Shown: piece after piece, positions 57,962 through 64,000 of the stretch
How the letters are laid out: each line of letters begins with the position of its first letter
Numbering within the stretch: the stretch's first letter is position 1
Assembly (NCBI GenBank): GCA_029259055.1
Contig: JAPDJP010000016.1
Location: 13,019-77,018 of the forward strand
Source of the DNA: Thermoplasmatota archaeon
Lineage (GTDB): Archaea > Thermoplasmatota > E2 > UBA202 > JdFR-43
Direction of reading: 5' to 3'
DNA: 64,000 nt
Notes under the pieces: model-generated
The model's database searches: none
Seen by the model: only the letters and a program-made list of their open reading frames with translations
Told to the model about the DNA's origin: nothing
Made by a program: the position numbers and the translations under genes

Positions 57962-60143
57962 TGGGGATTTTATTATTAAAAATAGAAAGAAGTTTTTAAT
58001 TTTAATTATTTGCATAACAATATTCTTCATAAGTATATTATCAAAAGGAATTAAATATGAATTTGAAGAGGAAAGCTTTTTGCCAGAAAATGAAGTTGTG
58101 AAAGCAAATGAAAGAATACTAAAGGAATATACAAAGGAATATATAGTTCCGATACTAATAAAATCAAAAAGCGGGAATGTATTAAATAAGAGCAATTTAA
58201 TTGAAATATTAATTATAGAGAAAAAATTGTATGAAAATTTTAGTGTAATGCCAATTAGTATTGCAGATATTATTATAACGAATGCAACTTATGAAGAAAA
58301 AATCAAAATAATAAAAAAATTAAGTGATAAAAACATTACACAAATAATAAGTTTGCCATTTTTTAAAAAATATGCCTCTCTTTTTCTCTCAAAAGATTTT
58401 AATGGAAAAGAAGCGAAGGCAACAATAATAAAATTTGGTTTAAATGGTTCATTAATAAAGAATAGGAAATATGCATTAGAAAATGAAAGTAAAATTTCTG
58501 CTATAATAGGAGATAATTATAAATACATAGAAGTGAGCGTTTTAGGGCTAAGAAGTATTGCTAAACAAATAATGGATGCAAACAATAAGTCATTGATAAT
58601 TTTATTGCCATTGTCATTTATACTTGTTGTTATAATTCTAATTTTTGTCTTTGGAAATTTTAAGGATGTTATAATTAGTTTATTGGCGCTAGCCCTAGCA
58701 ATTATATGGATGATCGGATTTGGATGCTTACTAGATTTTACTTTTAATCCTCTTCTTACCTCAATACCAGTACTACTTGTTGGTTTAGGTATTGATTATG
58801 GAATCCATATTAAGAAGAAAATTGAAGAAAGCGGAATCGATGGCGTTGATAAAGTTGCAATGGCTTTATTTTTATCCGCATTTACAACTTCTATAGCTTT
58901 CTTATCAAACACTTCCTCGACCATTCAAAGTTTAAAACAATTTGGAATCCTTTCTTCTTTTGGAATTTTTTCTTGCCTGTTTATAATGCTTTTTTTTATG
59001 ACAACTGAAAAAGAAAAAAAGAAAAAAAGGAAAAAGGAATTAGAAATAAAAATAGCCCATTTTATCAAGAGAAATAAAAAAATTATCGCTACCTTAACTT
59101 TCATTCTGACCTTAATATTTTCATTTTTTGCTCTTTCCATAAAAGCAGAATTTGATATGCTGGATTTCTTGCCAAAAGAAATGAAAGTTACCCATGATAT
59201 AGAATATTTGTTAGAAAATTTCAAGGCGGCGGAGGGGGAGGAAGCAATAATTGTAATAAAGGGAGATGTTTTAGAGCCATCTATTTTTAAAAAAATACAT
59301 AATATAGAAGAAAATTTAGGAGACGATAAATATGTTGTTAAAGAGGGAATTTTATCAATATCTTCATTGATGGAAGATTATGCAGATGTTTATGGTATTA
59401 GATATAATAAAAGCTTTTCCTTACTATATAAAAAATATTTTGAGAATGGCTTGCCAAAAGAAAATACAACAAGAGAGAATATTAGAGAACTATATGATTT
59501 GCTATACAGGATAAATCCATATGATGTCAAAAGAATACTACATGAGGGATATGACGAATGCATAATAAGGATTCCAACAAATACGCAAAAGGAAGAGAAA
59601 AATATAAAAATTTTATATAAAGAATTAAAAGAAGATTGCAATGATGGATTAATAACTGGAGGTATAATAACAAGTTATATTCTACTAAAAGAATTGAGAA
59701 GAAGCCAAATAAATTCCTTAATGATAACAATACTGATTTCCTTTATAATTTTAGAAAGTATTTTTATAAGAAAGAAAAAACTTATTGGTATAATTTCACT
59801 ATCTCCAGTTATAATATCTGCCATATGGATTATTGGGACAATGTCCCTTCTTAATATACCTCTTACAATAACAACTATAACGGTTGCTTCTTTAGCTGTT
59901 GGTTTAGGGATAGATTATTCTATTCATATGACATATAGTTTCATAAGAGAAAAGGATATGATTAAATGTATATCTTCAACAAGCATTGCTTTATTTGGTT
60001 CTGCTTTAACAACAATAGCATCATTTTCTTTATTATCATTTTCTTTTTTACCTCCTTTAAAAATTTTTGGTATATCTATAGCAATAGCTATATCATATAG
60101 CTTTCTTTTATGTGTTTTTGTTTTACCAATCTTTTTAGAATAG
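57954..60143 (+). CDS. MMPL/RND-superfamily exporter (12 TM, two repeat halves)
   Basis: Duplicated GLGIDYGIH / GLGIDYSIH motifs at the start of TM4 and TM10-equivalents; 729 aa. Confidence 0.8.
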   Translation: MSIGDFIIKNRKKFLILIICITIFFISILSKGIKYEFEEESFLPENEVVKANERILKEYTKEYIVPILIKSKSGNVLNKSNLIEILIIEKKLYENFSVMPISIADIIITNATYEEKIKIIKKLSDKNITQIISLPFFKKYASLFLSKDFNGKEAKATIIKFGLNGSLIKNRKYALENESKISAIIGDNYKYIEVSVLGLRSIAKQIMDANNKSLIILLPLSFILVVIILIFVFGNFKDVIISLLALALAIIWMIGFGCLLDFTFNPLLTSIPVLLVGLGIDYGIHIKKKIEESGIDGVDKVAMALFLSAFTTSIAFLSNTSSTIQSLKQFGILSSFGIFSCLFIMLFFMTTEKEKKKKRKKELEIKIAHFIKRNKKIIATLTFILTLIFSFFALSIKAEFDMLDFLPKEMKVTHDIEYLLENFKAAEGEEAIIVIKGDVLEPSIFKKIHNIEENLGDDKYVVKEGILSISSLMEDYADVYGIRYNKSFSLLYKKYFENGLPKENTTRENIRELYDLLYRINPYDVKRILHEGYDECIIRIPTNTQKEEKNIKILYKELKEDCNDGLITGGIITSYILLKELRRSQINSLMITILISFIILESIFIRKKKLIGIISLSPVIISAIWIIGTMSLLNIPLTITTITVASLAVGLGIDYSIHMTYSFIREKDMIKCISSTSIALFGSALTTIASFSLLSFSFLPPLKIFGISIAIAISYSFLLCVFVLPIFLE

Positions 60144-60147
60144 CTAA

Positions 60148-62337
60148 TCATCTCCATTTTTCCAATAATTTACCATTCTTTGCGGAATATATTGATGCAA
60201 GACTCAAAATAGAAATGATGCATGCGAAAGCAAGCATAAATAAAACGAGCAATATAAATTGGCTAATCATTTCATACTCCATAAGGAAAATAGGAATTCC
60301 TCCGCCAATCAATGCAATTGTCGCCTCCGCCAAAGAAGGGCTTTTTCTACTCAATGCTATTTTTATAGCTTTTAGCCCGCTTTTTTCCTTAATTTCTTCT
60401 CTAACTCTTTCAGTAATATGAACTGCAAAATCTATACCGACACCAATAGCAATAGATGAAACAGTAATAGTTGAAACATTTAGTGGAATTCTTAATAAAA
60501 CCAGAATACTTGGCTCTAAAATCAAAAGCAATATGATGGGAATTATTGTGAACATAGCGTATTTAAAAGAGCGAAAGACAAGCAGTAGGCAGATAAAAAC
60601 TAAAATTAATGAAATAAACATGAATTTAAATTGCTGGTCCATTAACATTGCATTTAACTCAACTGTTATAGCAGCTAATCCAGTTAATTTAGAAATTTCC
60701 CCATATCCTTTTATTTCATTATTATATTGCTCAATGATTTGATTTATAGATGAAACGCTTCGTCTCGTCTCTTTTAATGGCATAATCGGCATTTCAACAT
60801 AAATTAATGTTTTACTCAAATCCTTATCAAGCATCATTATTTTGTATTTCTCGGGCAAAATTTCTACTACTCTCTTTACATCTTCTTTTGTTTTAGGAAG
60901 TTTCCCGAAATTCATTCTTTTTATTGCATCTACTATTGAATATACAGAAGCATTTTCAACACCAGTATTTATTATCTTTTCCATTCCATCCAATTTTTCC
61001 AAAAGTTTTGGTTCAAGCATTCCTTCCTTTCTATTTGTTTCAACTAAAATTACTCCAGACTGACCAGCATTAAACTTTTCCGAATATTCATGCATTATTA
61101 CATTACTTTTCATTTTTAATGGCATCATCTCCCATACAGATGTTCTTGTTGATACTTGTGGAATAGAGGCAATTGAGATTAAACAAACCATTATAAGAAT
61201 CAAAGAAATATGTTTCCTATATCTCGTTAAATTTGCCAATGAATCCCATTTTATGGCAACTTTTTTTCTTGGAGGAAATGCCAAAAGCAAGCATGGAATT
61301 AGCACCATTGTAGAGATGAAACAATAGAGGACACCAATAAAAAAAGCTAATCCCATATTTTCGATGGGAGGCATATCAGAAGTAAGTAAAGAAGCAAAGC
61401 CAACAATTGTTGTAATTGCTGAGAGAAAAACTGCTTTCCCTGTTGTATTGATTACTTTTTTTATAGCATTTCTTGGTTCATTATTACTCAATTCCATAAA
61501 ATAATTAATCATGTGAAGGGAATAAGCAACTCCTAATGCTCCAAGCAATGGAAGAACAGCAATTACTGTTGGAGCAAATTCTATATTCATCATGCCCATT
61601 GTCCCAAAAGTTAAGGCAATAGAATATAATACAGGAGCTATGGCAATTATTACTGTTTTCATGTCCTTATGGAAAGCAAATAGAATTAGTAGAATCAACA
61701 TTAAGGAAAGCAAAGCAACACTACTTATTCTTTCCATTATCCAATCAATTGTTTCTTTATATAAAGTTAGCATCCCGGTTGGAAATGCCTTTACTTTTTT
61801 CGTTGTTTCAATGATTGGATAAACCTTTTCATTTAATAATGAATCAACATCTGCATCCTTGCTTGTTGTTAAAATTATAACACCGTTCTTATTATCTTTA
61901 GAAATCAATTTGTATTTAATTTCATCTGGAATAAACTTTAAAAGGGCATCAATATAAAATTGATTATTTGGTATCTCATCCTTCCCAAAAGGAAGATTAG
62001 CATTTGTATCTTTAATGAGCGAGGCGATGCTTGCGGTATACATAACTTCATCTTCCATTCCTTCATAGGGATTTAAGGCATTTTCAATTCCATCCATTTC
62101 CTTGAGAGAAGCAATACTTGTAACATTGTTTGATTCAATGTAAATCATAAGTGAATCAATTGGCCATTCCTGTCTTATTTTATTGAGAAGCATTACACTT
62201 GGTTGAGTTGCTGGCATATATACTTCTATATCAGATGTTATCCTCATATTAACTGCTTGAATAGAAATGAAAAAAGTTATAATTGTAAAAATGAAAATAG
62301 TGAGCTTGGGTTTTTTAAGCAATAAGTCATATTGCAT
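60148..62337 (-). CDS. MMPL/RND-superfamily exporter, paralogue of the adjacent gene
   Basis: GVAYSLH and GVGIDFAVH motifs; also exactly 729 aa; convergent with 57954..60143 (4-nt gap). Confidence 0.8.
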   Translation of the reverse strand: MQYDLLLKKPKLTIFIFTIITFFISIQAVNMRITSDIEVYMPATQPSVMLLNKIRQEWPIDSLMIYIESNNVTSIASLKEMDGIENALNPYEGMEDEVMYTASIASLIKDTNANLPFGKDEIPNNQFYIDALLKFIPDEIKYKLISKDNKNGVIILTTSKDADVDSLLNEKVYPIIETTKKVKAFPTGMLTLYKETIDWIMERISSVALLSLMLILLILFAFHKDMKTVIIAIAPVLYSIALTFGTMGMMNIEFAPTVIAVLPLLGALGVAYSLHMINYFMELSNNEPRNAIKKVINTTGKAVFLSAITTIVGFASLLTSDMPPIENMGLAFFIGVLYCFISTMVLIPCLLLAFPPRKKVAIKWDSLANLTRYRKHISLILIMVCLISIASIPQVSTRTSVWEMMPLKMKSNVIMHEYSEKFNAGQSGVILVETNRKEGMLEPKLLEKLDGMEKIINTGVENASVYSIVDAIKRMNFGKLPKTKEDVKRVVEILPEKYKIMMLDKDLSKTLIYVEMPIMPLKETRRSVSSINQIIEQYNNEIKGYGEISKLTGLAAITVELNAMLMDQQFKFMFISLILVFICLLLVFRSFKYAMFTIIPIILLLILEPSILVLLRIPLNVSTITVSSIAIGVGIDFAVHITERVREEIKEKSGLKAIKIALSRKSPSLAEATIALIGGGIPIFLMEYEMISQFILLVLFMLAFACIISILSLASIYSAKNGKLLEKWR

Positions 62338-62381
62338 AATCTTTCCCCTGTATTTTTCTTAATTTTTTTCTATATTTAAAA

Positions 62382-63560
62382 TTACCTAAATCTTTTCCAT
62401 ATGGCAGTAATAATAAATAATGCAATGATTGATAGGAAGCCAAAGCCAGGGGTGTCGCCCCCGCTCTCGCCGACAACGATTGTTGTTGTATATTTTGATT
62501 CTTCTCCATAGTTATCCATGACAATTAGGGTAACAGTGTATTCTCCTTCCTCCGTATATATGTGGGTTGGATTTTGCTGGGTACTATTTTTTCCATCACC
62601 AAAATCCCAGAAATAATATACAATTTCTCCATCCTCGTCCTTGCTAAGGCTCTCAAATAAAATTTTTGTTCCAACCTTTGGATTTTCTGGAGAATATCTT
62701 ATCTTTGCAATTGGAGGCTTATTTTCCTTTTCAACATGTTTATAATCATTCAACATTAACTGTAGATTCACGCCTTCCTCCATATTCATTACTCTTTCAA
62801 TCATTCCTTTTCCTCCATTCCATATTAATGTAGTTGCTGAAGAAATGTTTTCAAAAGGCGTTATTCCTCCAAAAGGATTATAGGTTGATTCAATCTGGTA
62901 TACATTGTCTCCTAATTTTTTGACACATTTAAAGGAGAAGGACATTTCTTGAGTTACTGGCCCCTCTTCTGTTTCTATTCCATATACCGTTACATTTGTT
63001 GTGGCTACCCATTTTTCTCCTTCCTTAACAGGGAAATCCATGAAGTCAACTGGAGGGTTATATTCTGTTACTACATGAAGCGGACTTGATGGAATAATTC
63101 CATATAAAGGTATGTTTGGAGTCACATTTATATCTATGTATATGTCCATTTCATTCCCAGCAACAGCAAGTTCATCTGTCGTAAAGTATATTTTTCCATC
63201 CGTTTTTATATTAAATACTCCTTCTATTCTCTGTGATTTTTCTCCAAACAGTGTTCCTTCAACAACTAAATTACCAGAAATATTAGAATTTATTTCTGCA
63301 ACATAACATCCCTTCAATTCATTTCCTATTTCTTTTGCTTCTATACCAACAACTTTCAATTTTACATCCAATTTATCAGTTTCTATTTGTAAGCTAAAAG
63401 AAATATTTTCAAATTCCATTTTCTCAGAATACTTAAAATTTCCAGAATAAGTCCAATAATCGCCAACGCTCCAATTCGGCTTTTCCAAATCTGCACATGT
63501 TAAAGGCATTAATAATATGAGGAAACAGACTATATATCCCAATTTAAATTTAAATTTCAT
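62382..63560 (-). CDS. Secreted PKD-domain protein with a PGF-CTERM-like sorting signal
   Basis: Signal peptide MKFKFKLGYIVCFLILLMPLTCA; PKD motif YFWDFGDGKNSTQQNPTHIYTEEGEYTVTLIVMDNYG; C-terminus GDTPGFGFLSIIALFIITAIWKRFR. Confidence 0.8.
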   Translation of the reverse strand: MKFKFKLGYIVCFLILLMPLTCADLEKPNWSVGDYWTYSGNFKYSEKMEFENISFSLQIETDKLDVKLKVVGIEAKEIGNELKGCYVAEINSNISGNLVVEGTLFGEKSQRIEGVFNIKTDGKIYFTTDELAVAGNEMDIYIDINVTPNIPLYGIIPSSPLHVVTEYNPPVDFMDFPVKEGEKWVATTNVTVYGIETEEGPVTQEMSFSFKCVKKLGDNVYQIESTYNPFGGITPFENISSATTLIWNGGKGMIERVMNMEEGVNLQLMLNDYKHVEKENKPPIAKIRYSPENPKVGTKILFESLSKDEDGEIVYYFWDFGDGKNSTQQNPTHIYTEEGEYTVTLIVMDNYGEESKYTTTIVVGESGGDTPGFGFLSIIALFIITAIWKRFR

Positions 63561-63577
63561 ATTGCTTTATTCCAATC

Positions 63578-64000
63578 TCATATAAAATTTTTTGCGTGCA
63601 AACTTCGAATTTCCCTCCTTTCAGAAATTTCTCCAGCGATATTTTTTTTCATTGCTTCCTCAACATTTTTTTCATTTGCTAAGACCCACATTAATTTTAT
63701 CCAAGCGACTTCTGGAAGCATATCTTCTCCTCCTATAACGCCTGCCTTAAGCAATTTTCTTCCTGTTGAATATACATTTAAATTAACCCTTCCATATAAA
63801 CACTGGGTAGTCATAACAACTGGAATTCCTTGCCTTGTTAACCTTTTTATGGAAGGAATCCAATCTTCATTTACATGTCCCAATCCTGTGCCAGCTATAA
63901 CAACACCATCCTTCCACTCAACAATTCTTTCAAATTCTTCCCTTGTCATCCCAGGATAAAAATAAACTAAGGAAACGTTCTCATTCAATTTTGGCATTAC
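63578..64000 (-). CDS. L-asparaginase/GatD-family protein, C-terminal part only (gene continues past the window end)
   Basis: Asparaginase C-domain VVIAGTGLGHV ... GIPVVMTTQCLYGRVNLNVY; the frame is still open at nt 64000. Confidence 0.75.
   Translation of the reverse strand, partial: VMPKLNENVSLVYFYPGMTREEFERIVEWKDGVVIAGTGLGHVNEDWIPSIKRLTRQGIPVVMTTQCLYGRVNLNVYSTGRKLLKAGVIGGEDMLPEVAWIKLMWVLANEKNVEEAMKKNIAGEISERREIRSLHAKNFI

Noticed and set aside
1-64000. rRNA genes, CRISPR arrays, integrases, transposases, toxin-antitoxin pairs
   Set aside because: I searched by eye for GC-rich rRNA-like blocks, periodic repeats and recombinase motifs and found none. The only PIN-domain protein is the conserved eIF2-gamma partner, not a VapC toxin with an adjacent antitoxin.

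Overview
This is an AT-rich window (roughly 30-33% GC by eye) from a compact archaeal chromosome. It is gene-dense on both strands, with many ATGA-type start/stop overlaps, and the gene content looks euryarchaeal. Archaeal translation genes are present: an S6e-eIF2gamma-PIN cluster, an L7Ae-S28e-L24e-ndk cluster, and L40e. There are four intron-less tRNA genes with no encoded CCA: initiator Met, Val-TAC, Ile-GAT and Asp-GTC. Archaeal tRNA-modification genes include archaeosine tRNA-guanine transglycosylase, a QueF-family protein and a THUMP-domain m2G methyltransferase. A Bax1-XPB nuclease/helicase pair, a topoisomerase IA and a RecJ/Cdc45-like protein are present. An S-adenosylmethionine decarboxylase gene sits beside a DUF43 (BpsA-like) aminopropyltransferase, a branched-polyamine pair typical of thermophiles; the GC-rich tRNAs fit a thermophile. 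I could place the genus no more precisely than this. I found no CRISPR array, rRNA, integrase or transposase. Most of the window is housekeeping (CoA, thiamine, PAPS, nucleotide and metal-homeostasis genes). The regions that do not look like plain housekeeping are: (1) a five-gene minus-strand operon (regulator, sulfate adenylyltransferase, DHH phosphoesterase, nucleotide-pyrophosphatase-family protein, APS kinase) that makes PAPS with no PAPS reductase in sight, suggesting a sulfation and PAP-recycling module; (2) a family of secreted surface proteins sharing an Ig-like domain, with PKD domains, two PGF-CTERM-like sorting signals, a 924-aa protein carrying a legumain-like (clan CD, family C13) His/Cys dyad, a GC-rich proline linker and a Ca-binding-like loop, preceded by a 920-bp ORF-free region; (3) a convergent pair of 729-aa MMPL/RND exporters next to one of the PGF-CTERM proteins; (4) two genes (the tRNA methyltransferase and an Lrp/AsnC regulator) each broken by a frameshift at a homopolymer tract, which is either real gene decay or assembly error; (5) a conserved but uncharacterised GTPase-DUF2073-like-Zn-ribbon triad and a translationally coupled CinA-RtcA-metallophosphoesterase operon.
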